Positions 9,338 through 19,958 of a stretch of 57,170 bases of DNA are shown one piece after another. A model generated the notes under the pieces. That model saw only the letters and a list, made by a program, of their open reading frames with translations, had not been told where the DNA came from and ran no database searches. How positions within the stretch are numbered: the stretch's first letter is position 1; every line of letters starts with the position of its first letter. The translations under genes and the position numbers were made by a program. The DNA lies in NCBI GenBank assembly GCA_965215005.1, contig CBDCCZ010000034.1:1-57170 (forward strand), given 5' to 3'. Origin of the DNA: Kofleriaceae bacterium (lineage in GTDB: Bacteria; Myxococcota_A; Polyangia; Haliangiales; Haliangiaceae).

Positions 9338-10899
9338 CGCCGGCGACGCCTGGTCCAGAGCAGGAGCAGACCCAGCAAAGAGAGCAAGCCTGCCGGACCG
9401 GCGCGACCGCTCACCGCGCAACCACCCGCGCTTTCGTCGTCGCCGGCTTGGCCGGGTCCGCCCGCGTCGGGCGAGGAAGATGGCCCGGCGTCGCTATCGT
9501 CACCGGGCGGAATGGAGGCGTCGGGAGCCGAGCCGCCGTCCGTCTCAGGAACCCCAGCGTCGTCCGGGAGCTGCTCATCCTCCACGCAGGTGCCGCTTTC
9601 ACAGATGTTGCCAACGCCGCATTGGTCATCGGTCGTGCAAGCGCCAAGTGTGCCCTTGGCGACTTCTATCAAGTACGCAGCAGCCAGCTTCGCGAACATC
9701 ACCGCGTGCTCGCCACTGCCATTGGTGACTTCGAGTGTGTCGTTGGGAGTATGCAGCGCTCGATTGATATCGCGCACTCGCGACTCGAAAGGCGTCACCG
9801 CCGGGATACCTGCAACGGTCCAAGACGCGTGATCCGAGCAGCCATACCCGCAGCTGTCGAGCTCCCACGTCGCGCCGAGGTAGGTATCGATGAGCTCGCC
9901 CGTGAATGCAGTGAGAGCCGGATCGGTATAGTCCTCGAGCAGGACCATATCGATGTCGGAGCCGCGGTGGTTGACCATATCGAGCTGCATCACCGCGATC
10001 ACCTGTTCGGCGCGGGTGGTGGTGGTCGCGACGATGTCTTTCGAACCAAGCAGTCCGACTTCTTCGGCGGCATAGGCATAGAACACAACGCTCTTCTGGG
10101 GACGATAATCAGCGGCGAGCGCAGCGCGAGCTGCTTCGGTGAGCGCTGCGATTCCAGACGCATCATCGTCTGCGCCAGGAGCGATATCGCTGCGTCGGGC
10201 GATCGAGTCGAGGTGTCCGCCAATCACGACAAACTGGTCGGGCTCGACGCTGCCACGAATCGTCATCTTCACCGAGGGCTGTAGCCATTCGTGATTCACC
10301 AGCTCGACGGTCACGTCGGCGCGAGATGCGGCCATGGCGGACCAGCGACCACGCAACCACTTCGCCGCTTGCACACCGCTGTCGGAGTCGTAGTAGCGCG
10401 TGGGAAAGGACGACAGTCCCGCAATGACCTCCACGAGAGAGGCTTCGCTGATTCCTTCCAACACCGGCGCGACGACTGCCGCGCGATCTAGCGTGTAATC
10501 GCCGGCAAACGCAGCCCGGCTCCGACCTCCGGCGTCCGCCGCAGCGTGGGCCGCTTGCGCGCTATCGTGAGTGATGAAACCGCCGCAGCGATGCCGCTCT
10601 TCATGGAGCGCTTGCGCCATGGCTGGCAACTCCGAGCGGCGCGCCTCAACGACGGCGATGCCCGCTGCGCTGGGAGTGGCCGAGGTCAAGGAAGACTGGA
10701 GCGCCGTTACCTGCGAAACTGAACGCAGCGTCTCCAGCGCCTCGAGATCCATCGTGACCCAGACGCCGGGATCATCCGCCAGTCCCTCCGCTGCGGAGGC
10801 CTTTGATGAGCGATGCTCGTTGGTGCCGACGGTCGGGGCGTCGACGCAGGCGGTCATCGACAAGAGCAGAAATGCGAAACATACGGCACGAACAGGCAT
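9334..10899 (-). CDS. M28 family leucyl aminopeptidase with MYXO-CTERM-type sorting tail
   Basis: Motifs GGHLDS, APGADDDASG, YAAEEVGL, QLDM, CGYGCSDHASW and LHT. C-terminus GGCAV...LLGLLLLWTRRRRR. Confidence 0.92.
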   Translation of the reverse strand: MPVRAVCFAFLLLSMTACVDAPTVGTNEHRSSKASAAEGLADDPGVWVTMDLEALETLRSVSQVTALQSSLTSATPSAAGIAVVEARRSELPAMAQALHEERHRCGGFITHDSAQAAHAAADAGGRSRAAFAGDYTLDRAAVVAPVLEGISEASLVEVIAGLSSFPTRYYDSDSGVQAAKWLRGRWSAMAASRADVTVELVNHEWLQPSVKMTIRGSVEPDQFVVIGGHLDSIARRSDIAPGADDDASGIAALTEAARAALAADYRPQKSVVFYAYAAEEVGLLGSKDIVATTTTRAEQVIAVMQLDMVNHRGSDIDMVLLEDYTDPALTAFTGELIDTYLGATWELDSCGYGCSDHASWTVAGIPAVTPFESRVRDINRALHTPNDTLEVTNGSGEHAVMFAKLAAAYLIEVAKGTLGACTTDDQCGVGNICESGTCVEDEQLPDDAGVPETDGGSAPDASIPPGDDSDAGPSSSPDAGGPGQAGDDESAGGCAVSGRAGPAGLLSLLGLLLLWTRRRRR

Positions 10900-11122
10900 C
10901 TTCCCACATAGGTTCAGATCTCGTGCCGGAACCGACGCCGATGCACCACGCTCGAGGAGACGCGCGAATTCAACCCGTTGACAGGCCATTGGCGAGCCAC
11001 CTCACAGCCTCCGTAAGCCGTGTCGCCGCAATTCCGGGGCAAAACGCTCCGCAACGGATGCTCCGAGTTATCACCTAGCCGCCGTGAATCACCCAGCGAT
11101 TCCTGCACCCTCACGTCTTCGA

Positions 11123-14100
11123 TCAGCCAACCCACTGGCGTGCATTGCGAAAGAGTCTCATCCAGGGCCCGTCTTGACGCCACGCGTCGGGACGCCAAGA
11201 CAGTTGAAGTGCGCGAAAGACGCGCTCGGGATGGGGCATGAGAATGGTGACTCGTCCATCTTGGTTGGTGAGAGCGGTGATGCCCCCGGGAGAGCCGTTG
11301 GGGTTTTCCGGATACCGCTCGGTCACTTCACCAACGTGATCGACGTAGCGCGCGGCGACCAAGCCGCTGGCATCGAGCGCCGCTAGCTCATTCGGAGAGC
11401 TGATCTGCACCCGCCCTTCGCCGTGGGCCACCGCAATGGGCAGCACCGAACCCATCATGCCTCGTAAGAGGATGCTGGCACTCTCCTCGATTCGCACTAG
11501 AGCTACCCGTGCTTCAAACTGCTCGGAGCGATTGCGCACAAATGTTGGCCAGTATTCGCTGCCCGGAATGAGCTCACGAAGACTGGCCAGCATCTGACAG
11601 CCATTGCAGACGCCGAGCGCGAAGCGGCTGCGGTCGGCGAAGAACTGCGCGAACATCTCTCGCAAATACGAGTCGAGCAGAATCGACTTCGCCCACCCCT
11701 GACCGGCACCGAGAACATCGCCATACGAGAACCCGCCGCAGGCTGCCAGACCAACGAAGTTTGCGAGCGTGAGGCGTCTATCGGCCAGATCGCTCATATG
11801 CACATCCACCGCTTCGAAGCCCGCGCGATCGAAGGCCGCTGCCATCTCGAGTTGGCCGTTGACGCCTTGTTCGCGGAGAATGGCCACCCGAGGGCGAACA
11901 CCCGTGCGGATAAAAGGTGCGGCGACATCCTCGTCGAGATCGAAGCTCGCCTGGGCAAATAGACCCGGATAGTCGGGATCGCAGCGGCTCTCGTGCTCTT
12001 CGGCGGCAGCGCGCGGATCGTCGCGCAGCGTCTGCATGCGCCAGGTGGTTTCTGACCACCACCCACGCAAGGTCCCGCGAGCTTCGTCGAGTAGCACGCG
12101 GTCACCACGACGGACGATGACGCGCGCATCGCTGCTCACGCGGCCGATCGGATGGAGCAGCCCCTCGAGGCCGTGCTTGCTGGCGATTTCGCGCACCTCG
12201 TGCAGAGCAGCCGTGGGAATTTGCACGACAGCGCCGAGCTCCTCAGCAAACAGTGCTGCGGCATCGGTACCGCCCAGAGGGGCAATGTCGATGTCGAGGC
12301 CCATTCCGCCCGCAAATGCCATTTCCAGGAGCGTGACCAGCAGGCCGCCGTCGGAGCGATCGTGGTAAGCGAGCAGCAGCGATCTTCGCCGCAAGGCACC
12401 CATCGCGGTGGCGAATCCACGCAAGAGTGCCGGATCATCGAGATCGGGCGGCTCATCGCCCAGCGCCGCATAGACCTGCGCGAGCGCGCTACCGCCAAGA
12501 CGGTGACGGCCGCGGCCGAGATCGATCAGCACTAGCGTGGTGTCGCCGGCGCGCAGCTCGGGGGTGAGCGTCTTGCGTACGTCAGCAATGGGCGCAAACG
12601 CGGTCACGATGAGCGAAAGCGGCGCGATCACCGCCCGCGGCTCTCCATCTTGGTCCCACGTCGTACGCATCGACATGGAATCCTTACCGACCGGAATGGC
12701 AATCCCCAGTGCCGGACACAGCTCGGCACCGACCGCGCGAACCGCATCATACAAGTGCGCATCCTCGCCCTCATGGTTGGCAGCAGCCATCCAATTGGCG
12801 GACAGCTTGACGTCGCCGAGCTGCTCGACGGGGGCCGCCAGTAAGTTGGTTATCGCTTCCGCTACTGCCATTCGCGCCGACGCTGGTGCATCGAGACACG
12901 CAATGGGCGTGCGCTCACCGAGCGCCATCGCTTCGCCGGTGACGCCTTCATACGAGGCGGTTGTCACGGCGACGTCGGCGACGGGAACCTGCCACGGACC
13001 AACCATTTGATCGCGCGCCACCATGCCAGTGATGCTGCGATCGCCAATGGTGATGAGAAACGTCTTATCAGCGACCGTCGGCAGCCGCAAGACCCGGCCC
13101 AGCGCTTCGCGAAGCTCGATGGAGCTGCTGTCAAAGGGATGGTGATGCACGTGTTGGCGCGCAGCATCGCGATGCATACGCGGCGGTTTACCCAACAGAA
13201 CCGACAGCGGCATGTCGATCGAGAGCTCGCCGAACGCTTCATCATTTAGCACCAGCTGCTGGTCCGCTGTGGCGGTTCCGATCACTGCGTAGGGGCAACG
13301 CTCGCGGGCACACAGCGCGATGAAGGTGGCAAGGGATTCTGATGCAACCGCAAGCACGTACCGCTCTTGAGCTTCGTTACACCAGATCTCGAGCGGCGAC
13401 ATGCCCGGGGCGTCGCTCGGGATTGCGCGCAGCTCGAAGCGGGCGCCGCGTCCGCTATCGTGCACGAGCTCAGGCAATGCATTCGACAATCCGCCGGCAC
13501 CGACGTCGTGGATCGACACGATCGGATTGCGTGTGCCAAGGGCCCAACATCGGTCGATCACCTCTTGGCAACGTCGCTGCATCTCGGGGTTGTCGCGTTG
13601 CACCGAAGCAAAGTCGAGCTCTTCACTCGAGGCGCCCGCTGCCACCGATGAGGCGGCGCCGCCTCCGAGGCCGATGAGCATCGCAGGACCGCCGAGCACG
13701 ATGATCGCAGTTCCCGGGGCAATGGTCGCTTTATCAATATGCTCACTGCGGATGTTGCCCAAGCCGCCAGCGAGCATGATGGGCTTGTGATAGCCGCGCA
13801 CTTGCGTGCCGCTGGGGCCGGGCACCGCAAGCTCGAAGGTGCGAAAGTATCCGGTGAGCGCAGGTCGGCCAAACTCATTGTTGAATGACGCCGCGCCGAT
13901 GGGGCCTTCGAGCATGATGTCGAGCGCCGAGGCCATTCGCTTCGGCCGGCCGTAGTCGCGCTCCCAGGGCTGCTCGGCGCCAGGAATGAGCAAATTGGCC
14001 ACGGAGAAGCCCACCAGACCGGCTTTGGGCTTGGCGCCGCGCCCGGTGGCGCCTTCGTCGCGAATTTCGCCCCCCGACCCGGTTGAGGCGCCAGGATGCG

Positions 14101-15007
14101 GCGAGATGGCGGTGGGATGATTGTGCGTCTCGACTTTCATCAAGATGTGCACCGGCTCCGTCACCGCCCCATAGCGACCCGTCTCTCCATCGGCGAAGAA
14201 GCGTGCCGCGGGATGCCCCGCGATGACCGCCGCGTTGTCGTGGTATGCCGACAGCACCCCCTCAGGCGATGCCGCGGTGCTCTTGCGAATCATCGAGAAC
14301 AGCGAATCAGGCAGTCCTCGACCATCAATGGTGAAGTCGGCGTTGAAGATCTTGTGACGACAGTGTTCGCTGTTGGCTTGCGCGAACATCATCAGCTCGA
14401 CGTCAGTGGGGTCGCGACCGAGGTCGGTGAAGGCGGCTGCCAAATATTCGATTTCGTCAGCGGCAAGGGCGAGCCCCAAGGATTCGTTGGCCTCTTCGAG
14501 CGCGATGCGACCTCGTTTCGAGAGCGGCACGCTGTGCAGCGGGCGCGGCGTGGCGCGCTCGAACAGCTGGGCGGCGTCCTCCACGCGAGCGAGCACCGAC
14601 TCGGTCATGCGATCATGAAGCGCCGCTCGTAGTGCCGGTTCATCGGTGAGCTGGCCTGCAACGACCCACCGAAGGCCTCGTTCGAGGCGGCGGATGCGCT
14701 GGAGGCCGCAAGCTCGCGCGAGGTCGGTTGCCTTCGAGGCCCACGGCGAGATGGTGCCGAGACGTGGAACCACCCACAGAACGTGACCCGCGAGCGCCTG
14801 TTCATCTCGGGGCGGGCCGGAGGCGAGCAGCTGGTCGAGCACGGCTCTCTCTGCCGTCGTGAGCTCACCATCGATGTCGATGAAATGCACCCAAGTCGCC
14901 TCGAGCTGGCGCACCCCCGGATTGCTATCTCGAACCCGCGCAAGCCGCTTCTCGAGCCGCGCAGGTGACAGGGCGGGGGCACCGAGTAGATGCAACATGC
15001 GGCTCAT
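11123..15007 (-). CDS. purL: Phosphoribosylformylglycinamidine synthase (large PurL)
   Basis: 1294 aa with motifs [47 protein letters not shown] and MPHPER. Confidence 0.98.
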   Translation of the reverse strand: MSRMLHLLGAPALSPARLEKRLARVRDSNPGVRQLEATWVHFIDIDGELTTAERAVLDQLLASGPPRDEQALAGHVLWVVPRLGTISPWASKATDLARACGLQRIRRLERGLRWVVAGQLTDEPALRAALHDRMTESVLARVEDAAQLFERATPRPLHSVPLSKRGRIALEEANESLGLALAADEIEYLAAAFTDLGRDPTDVELMMFAQANSEHCRHKIFNADFTIDGRGLPDSLFSMIRKSTAASPEGVLSAYHDNAAVIAGHPAARFFADGETGRYGAVTEPVHILMKVETHNHPTAISPHPGASTGSGGEIRDEGATGRGAKPKAGLVGFSVANLLIPGAEQPWERDYGRPKRMASALDIMLEGPIGAASFNNEFGRPALTGYFRTFELAVPGPSGTQVRGYHKPIMLAGGLGNIRSEHIDKATIAPGTAIIVLGGPAMLIGLGGGAASSVAAGASSEELDFASVQRDNPEMQRRCQEVIDRCWALGTRNPIVSIHDVGAGGLSNALPELVHDSGRGARFELRAIPSDAPGMSPLEIWCNEAQERYVLAVASESLATFIALCARERCPYAVIGTATADQQLVLNDEAFGELSIDMPLSVLLGKPPRMHRDAARQHVHHHPFDSSSIELREALGRVLRLPTVADKTFLITIGDRSITGMVARDQMVGPWQVPVADVAVTTASYEGVTGEAMALGERTPIACLDAPASARMAVAEAITNLLAAPVEQLGDVKLSANWMAAANHEGEDAHLYDAVRAVGAELCPALGIAIPVGKDSMSMRTTWDQDGEPRAVIAPLSLIVTAFAPIADVRKTLTPELRAGDTTLVLIDLGRGRHRLGGSALAQVYAALGDEPPDLDDPALLRGFATAMGALRRRSLLLAYHDRSDGGLLVTLLEMAFAGGMGLDIDIAPLGGTDAAALFAEELGAVVQIPTAALHEVREIASKHGLEGLLHPIGRVSSDARVIVRRGDRVLLDEARGTLRGWWSETTWRMQTLRDDPRAAAEEHESRCDPDYPGLFAQASFDLDEDVAAPFIRTGVRPRVAILREQGVNGQLEMAAAFDRAGFEAVDVHMSDLADRRLTLANFVGLAACGGFSYGDVLGAGQGWAKSILLDSYLREMFAQFFADRSRFALGVCNGCQMLASLRELIPGSEYWPTFVRNRSEQFEARVALVRIEESASILLRGMMGSVLPIAVAHGEGRVQISSPNELAALDASGLVAARYVDHVGEVTERYPENPNGSPGGITALTNQDGRVTILMPHPERVFRALQLSWRPDAWRQDGPWMRLFRNARQWVG

Positions 15008-15024
15008 GATGCATCATTTCTTCC

Positions 15025-15039
15025 ATCGGAACAGCCGAT
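15025..15039. promoter_or_regulatory. LysR-type binding box (ATC-N9-GAT, T-N11-A)
   Basis: Palindrome ATCGG-AACAG-CCGAT in the 62-nt divergent purL/LysR intergenic region. Confidence 0.6.
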
Positions 15040-15069
15040 AGTTACTGATTCATCTGATAAGCATTGCTT

Positions 15070-15990
15070 ATGCGTTTTAGCGCCGACCGGTTGCACGCTT
15101 TCCTTGCTGTGCTCGCTGCGAGCAGCTTTACCCACGCTGCGCGCGCCATGGGGCAAAGCCAGTCATCGGTCAGTCAAGCGGTGGCTGCTTTGGAGCGCGA
15201 GCTCGGTGAACAGCTGTTCGTTCGGGATGGTCGCGCGGTGCATCCAACCGACGCCGCACGCATCTTGGCGCGCCGGGCCGAGCGGGCGCTGGCCGAGCTC
15301 GAGCAAGCCGAGGTCGAGCTGGCGTCGCTGCGCGACTTGGCCGCAGGACGGCTGAGCGTTGGCACCACCGATACACTCGCGCTCTACCTATTGCCGCCGA
15401 TCTTCGCGGAGTTTCGCCGCCGTTATCCCGACATCGACGTGCAGCTGGAAAATCGGCCATCGCCGGTCATTGCCGAGCGCGTCGCCGAACATGCGGTGGA
15501 CGTAGGCGTCATCATGACTCCGCTGCCGCCACTGCTGCGACTGCGCGGCAAGCCCGCTGATGAGGAGCTGCGCATCGTTCCGCTCACGCCCGTGAGCGAG
15601 GTGCTCGCGTGCCCTGTCGGTCATCCGTTGGCCGGGCGGCGACGCATCGCTCTTCGCGAGCTGTCGGCGTATCCACTGCTGCTCTTGGATCACACCACCG
15701 GCACCCGCGCGCACCTCGAACGAGCGCTGCAACGGCTGCCTGCGCCGCCGCGCGTGGTGATGGAAATGAGCAGCGTCGAGGTGCTGAAGCGACTAGTCGA
15801 GCTCGGCTTTGGTCTCAGCATCGTGCCCGCCATCGCCACCGCCGATGAGGTGGCGCGCAACGCCCTGGCGGTGGTTTCACTGCAAGGCCTCGGTCGCCCC
15901 CGACGCGCGGCGATCATCACCTCCACGGCCGGACCGCTTTCGCATGCGGCGCGTGCCTTCATCGAGGTCGCGCGCCACGTTGGCTCGTGA
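15070..15990 (+). CDS. LysR family transcriptional regulator
   Basis: HTH SFTHAARAMGQSQSSVSQAVAALERELGEQLFVR and a substrate-binding domain ending LVELGFGLSIVP. Confidence 0.95.
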   Translation: MRFSADRLHAFLAVLAASSFTHAARAMGQSQSSVSQAVAALERELGEQLFVRDGRAVHPTDAARILARRAERALAELEQAEVELASLRDLAAGRLSVGTTDTLALYLLPPIFAEFRRRYPDIDVQLENRPSPVIAERVAEHAVDVGVIMTPLPPLLRLRGKPADEELRIVPLTPVSEVLACPVGHPLAGRRRIALRELSAYPLLLLDHTTGTRAHLERALQRLPAPPRVVMEMSSVEVLKRLVELGFGLSIVPAIATADEVARNALAVVSLQGLGRPRRAAIITSTAGPLSHAARAFIEVARHVGS

Positions 15991-16010
15991 GCGTGGTATG
16001 TCGCTCGCTC

Positions 16011-16469
16011 ATGCAGCTGATGAAGACGACGGCCGTGCTCGCCGCGATTGCCGCTGGCATGCTGCTTCCCGCCCAGGCCGGCATCAATGGCCAGCTCGGG
16101 CGCGCATTCGGGAAGCCGCTATGGGCCGCGCTGGTTTCGTTCAGTGGCGGCTTGGCGGCGCTGGCGCTGGTCATTGCGTTGGGCCGGATCGCGATGCCGA
16201 GCGCGGCGGCGGCGCAAAGCGCGCCATGGTGGGCGTGGGTGGGCGGCGCGCTCGGCGCCATCTACGTCACGCTGGCACTCACCCTGGCTCCCGTGCTCGG
16301 TGCCACCACTCTTATCGTTGCGGTGTTCGCCGGCCAGCTCGCAGGATCGCTGGTACTCGATCAGTGGGGGCTACTGGGCTTTCCAGTGCATCCCATCGAT
16401 CTGCGGCGGGTGGGTGGCGTGGTGCTCGTGGTGCTAGGGCTGCTGCTCGTGCATGGCGGCAAGCGCTGA
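16011..16469 (+). CDS. DMT superfamily membrane protein (YdcZ/DUF606-like)
   Basis: Motifs QAGINGQL, PWWAWVGGALGA and GQLAGSLVLDQWG. About 5 hydrophobic segments. Confidence 0.88.
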   Translation: MQLMKTTAVLAAIAAGMLLPAQAGINGQLGRAFGKPLWAALVSFSGGLAALALVIALGRIAMPSAAAAQSAPWWAWVGGALGAIYVTLALTLAPVLGATTLIVAVFAGQLAGSLVLDQWGLLGFPVHPIDLRRVGGVVLVVLGLLLVHGGKR

Positions 16470-16479
16470 AGGAAACGGC

Positions 16480-17766
16480 TCAGGGCTCATCCGTGCTCGC
16501 TTCCTCTTCACCGACCTCGCTTCCGTCTTCGGGGGCGGGATCGAGCCAGGAGACCCCCGGACGAAGCACACGGTTGTCGGTTGGTGCGCCGTCGTCGTCA
16601 GCGGTTGTCGCTTTGGCGGTTTGGTTGAGCACGAACTCACGCATGAGCGCATCGCCCGGCAGGTGTGGCTTGTCGGAATCGCCAAGATCCGCTTTGCGAG
16701 CGCGTTCCATGGCCAAGTCGACGATGGTCGCGAGGGTTTGGGCGAAGGTTCTCCCACTTGCCGTGGCGCACATCATATAAGCGGCGCCATCGACCAAGTC
16801 CGGGTTGGGATTTACCTCGAGAATGTAGATCTCACCTTCATCCTCATCGTAACGCATGTCGATACGGGCGTAGTCGCGGCATCCAATGGCCTTGAACGCT
16901 CGTACCGCCACATCACGGATGTATTCTTCGATGTCTTCTGGCAGCTCCTGGGCTGGGCATACCGCATCCATCGAATAGAAGTCTTTGCTGTGCGGATCCC
17001 ACTTCGCTCGATAGCTGATGATTTGCGGCCGCCATTCGCCTTCTGGATTGAACTCTGAATCGTCAAACTCCATTTCGAATAGCGGCAACACCTCCGGCGG
17101 GTGGTTTCCTAAAATTGCGGCGTGAATCTCGCGGCCGTCGATGTACTCCTCGACCAGCGCCGGCATCTCGAAGTCGCTTACCACCTGTCGGACCCGCTCC
17201 TCGAGCTCGGTCTGATCGTGCACGACCGAAGAATGCGAAATACCGCCAGAAGCGTCTTCCATGGCGGGTTTGACGATGACCGGAAACTCGAGGCCGTGGT
17301 CGGCGGGAATCGGCTCGCCCTTGCACAAGAAAAATGCCGCTGTAGGCAATCCCGCCGCTTCGAGGATCACCTTGGTGCGGTACTTGTTTTGGCAGGTCGC
17401 CAACGTTAGTGGCTGATTGCCGGTGTAGGAAACGCCGAGCAGCTCGTAGAGACCGGCGACTGCCGCTTCTAGTGCCGATTCCTCACCAAAGTATTCGACC
17501 AGATTCATGATCGCGTCGGGACGAAACAAGCGAATCGAAGACAGCAAGCGGTCGAAGTCGTCTTCGATGTTGACGACGTGCACCTCGAAGCCCTCCTGGC
17601 GCAGCGCGCGAAGCATGGCGTCCATCTCTTCGGCGACGGTGCCCACGTCGGGCACCTGGCGCTCGGGATCCCACGCCAACGTGCGTGGGCCCTCGCTGCG
17701 CCAGCGCTCATAGATATCCTCTTCAACCTGGTTCCAAAGCACGAGGAGTCGACCGCGCGAGCTCAT
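16480..17766 (-). CDS. D-alanine--D-alanine ligase-like ATP-grasp protein
   Basis: Motifs FPVIVKPAMEDASGGI, VEEYIDGRE and YARIDMR...EVNPNPDL. Acidic C-terminal extension. Confidence 0.85.
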   Translation of the reverse strand: MSSRGRLLVLWNQVEEDIYERWRSEGPRTLAWDPERQVPDVGTVAEEMDAMLRALRQEGFEVHVVNIEDDFDRLLSSIRLFRPDAIMNLVEYFGEESALEAAVAGLYELLGVSYTGNQPLTLATCQNKYRTKVILEAAGLPTAAFFLCKGEPIPADHGLEFPVIVKPAMEDASGGISHSSVVHDQTELEERVRQVVSDFEMPALVEEYIDGREIHAAILGNHPPEVLPLFEMEFDDSEFNPEGEWRPQIISYRAKWDPHSKDFYSMDAVCPAQELPEDIEEYIRDVAVRAFKAIGCRDYARIDMRYDEDEGEIYILEVNPNPDLVDGAAYMMCATASGRTFAQTLATIVDLAMERARKADLGDSDKPHLPGDALMREFVLNQTAKATTADDDGAPTDNRVLRPGVSWLDPAPEDGSEVGEEEASTDEP

Positions 17767-17938
17767 TACTCCGAGTTTCGAAGATCGCTAGCGCTTGTGC
17801 AACTCGCGCACTGCCCGTTGTTGAGATTTTGCCGCCTGCGCTGCTCGCGAAGCGTCACCGAGGGCGTCGCCGCTATCGAACGTAACGGCCCGAGCTCCAG
17901 CGCCATTGCCGCGGCAACGGAGCCCGAGCCCGTTCACA

Positions 17939-19447
17939 TCATTTTCTGAGCGCCTCGCGGTCGACGTCTTTTTGCGTCTTCTGCGTCTCCTGTGCGGCGG
18001 AGATCGTCGATAGCGCCTGCCGAACGCCAGCGGCATACGCAGGGGCGACCGCCTCGAAGTGCTTCAGCTGTCGTTCGATGATGAACTCCGGTATGCCGTG
18101 CATGGCTTCGGCGAGGTTCTGAAAGAGTCTCTGCTTCTGACCTTCGTCGAAGAGCTCGAACAACGCCCGCGCCTGACCGAAGTCGTCGTTGTCTTCGCGA
18201 TGATCGTAGCGCCGTGCCTCTCCCGAAATACGCATTGGCGGCTCGAGATATTTGGGATCCTCGACCGGTCCCGCGAATGAGTTTGGCTCGTAGTAGGCAT
18301 CTACGTACTCGTTGTGGGCAAAAAAGCGCAGTAGCCCATCCTTGTGATAGTGATTGACTGGACACTTGGGCTGGTTCACCGGCAGCGCCTCGTAGTGGCC
18401 ACCGAGTCGATGGCGATGCGCGTCGGCGTAGGAAAAGATGCGCGCCTGAAGCATCTTATCTGGGGAGAAGGAAATGCCCCGGACGACGTTGGAGGGCGAG
18501 AAAGCCGCCTGCTCCACCTCGGCGAAGTAATTCTCGGGGTTGCGATCGAGCGTCATCTCGCCGACCTCGATGAGAGGGTAGTCGTCGTGCGGCCACACCT
18601 TGGTGAGATCGAATGGATTGTAGGGTGTTTTTTCGGCATCGGCCTCCGGCATTACCTGCACGAGCATCGTCCATTTCGGATAGTTTCCGCGGTCGATCGC
18701 CCCAAACAGCTCCTCCTGATAGCTCTCGCGAGTCTTGCCGATGAGCTCACGAGCTTCGCTGTTGGTGTAGTGCTTGTGCCCTTGCTGGGTCTTGAAGTGA
18801 AATTTGACCCAGTAGCGCTCACCGGCGTCGTTCCAGAATGAGAACGTATGCGAGCCGTACCCATTCATGTATTGCGGCCCGACAGGCAGGCCGCGGTCTG
18901 AAAACAGAATCGTTAGCTGATGGATAGACTCGGGGCTCAGCGACCAGAAGTCCCACATGGCGGTGGGCGAGCGCATGTTGGTCTTGGGATGGCGCTTCTG
19001 CGTGCGAATGAAGTCGGGAAACTTGTAGGGATCGCGAACGAAGAAGATGGGCGTATTGTTGCCCACGAGGTCCCAATTGCCCTCTTCGGTGTAGAACTTG
19101 ATGGAGAAGCCGCGGACGTCTCGCTCGGCGTCTGCAGCGCCTTGCTCACCCGCGACCGTTGAAAAACGCACGAGAAGCTCGGTCTTCTTGCCGACCTTCT
19201 CGAAGATCTTGGCGTTGGTGTACTTGGTGACGTCGCCCGTGACGGTGAAGGTGCCGAAGGCGCCCCAGCCCTTGGCATGGACCACCCTCTCGGGAATCCG
19301 CTCGCGATTCTGGTGCGCGAGTTTCTCGATGAGCTGGTAATCCTGCAGGAGCAGCGGCCCGCGTGGGCCGACGGTGAGGGAATGCTGATTATCGCCAACC
19401 GGCGCCCCGGCGGACGTGGTGAGGGTGGGAGGTTTCTTTTCAGCCAT
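17939..19447 (-). CDS. katA: Monofunctional heme catalase (small subunit)
   Basis: Motifs [30 protein letters not shown] and RIFSYADA. Confidence 0.95.
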   Translation of the reverse strand: MAEKKPPTLTTSAGAPVGDNQHSLTVGPRGPLLLQDYQLIEKLAHQNRERIPERVVHAKGWGAFGTFTVTGDVTKYTNAKIFEKVGKKTELLVRFSTVAGEQGAADAERDVRGFSIKFYTEEGNWDLVGNNTPIFFVRDPYKFPDFIRTQKRHPKTNMRSPTAMWDFWSLSPESIHQLTILFSDRGLPVGPQYMNGYGSHTFSFWNDAGERYWVKFHFKTQQGHKHYTNSEARELIGKTRESYQEELFGAIDRGNYPKWTMLVQVMPEADAEKTPYNPFDLTKVWPHDDYPLIEVGEMTLDRNPENYFAEVEQAAFSPSNVVRGISFSPDKMLQARIFSYADAHRHRLGGHYEALPVNQPKCPVNHYHKDGLLRFFAHNEYVDAYYEPNSFAGPVEDPKYLEPPMRISGEARRYDHREDNDDFGQARALFELFDEGQKQRLFQNLAEAMHGIPEFIIERQLKHFEAVAPAYAAGVRQALSTISAAQETQKTQKDVDREALRK

Positions 19448-19603
19448 GGCGGCATCATGCGCGGCGCGGCGGGGGTGGTCTAAGACAACGTTCGACTCAT
19501 GGCGATAGGCTGTGGCTTTCACGGGCGCGGCGGCAGGGCGAGCCGTAGCCGAGCTTGCCGCCAAGCAATCCCCCGACAGTGGGCCCCGACGGGCAAAGCG
19601 AAC

Positions 19604-19783
19604 TCAGGGCTTGCGCTCGAAACCGGGGCAGCTGTGCACTGGCTGCGGAACGTACTTCGGAAGCGTTGGCTCCAGGCACTGCAAGAACTGCGAGCCTCGC
19701 TTGTTGCCGGCCAGTCGCAGATGCTGGCAGCGGTGGCATACGCTGCTTGGAAAGGCGATTTCGTCGTTTGGTGGTCCCGACAT
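19604..19783 (-). CDS. Small 59-aa protein with four Cys (putative metal binding), below the ORF-track cutoff
   Basis: My translation: MSGPPNDEIAFPSSVCHRCQHLRLAGNKRGSQFLQCLEPTLPKYVPQPVHSCPGFERKP*. It fills the gap upstream of catalase. Confidence 0.7.
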   Translation of the reverse strand: MSGPPNDEIAFPSSVCHRCQHLRLAGNKRGSQFLQCLEPTLPKYVPQPVHSCPGFERKP

Positions 19784-19958
19784 TTTACGAAGGTTAACCT
19801 GCTGGCAATCGCGCCACTGAATGGTCTAGTCCACGCCTAGCGCTAGGAGCGTGCACCGCCGGAGGCGACATTGGACAGCTAGCTAACAGCTGATGACGTG
19901 TGTCTGCTGTGCTAGCTCAACGCTGTTCTGGCGGCGGAGAACTTGCTACAAGTCGCGC

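Noticed and set aside
19877..19917. Imperfect hairpin AGCTAGC..ACAGC/GCTGT.GCTAGCT before the amidohydrolase
   Set aside because: It has no recognisable riboswitch or terminator features, so support is insufficient.
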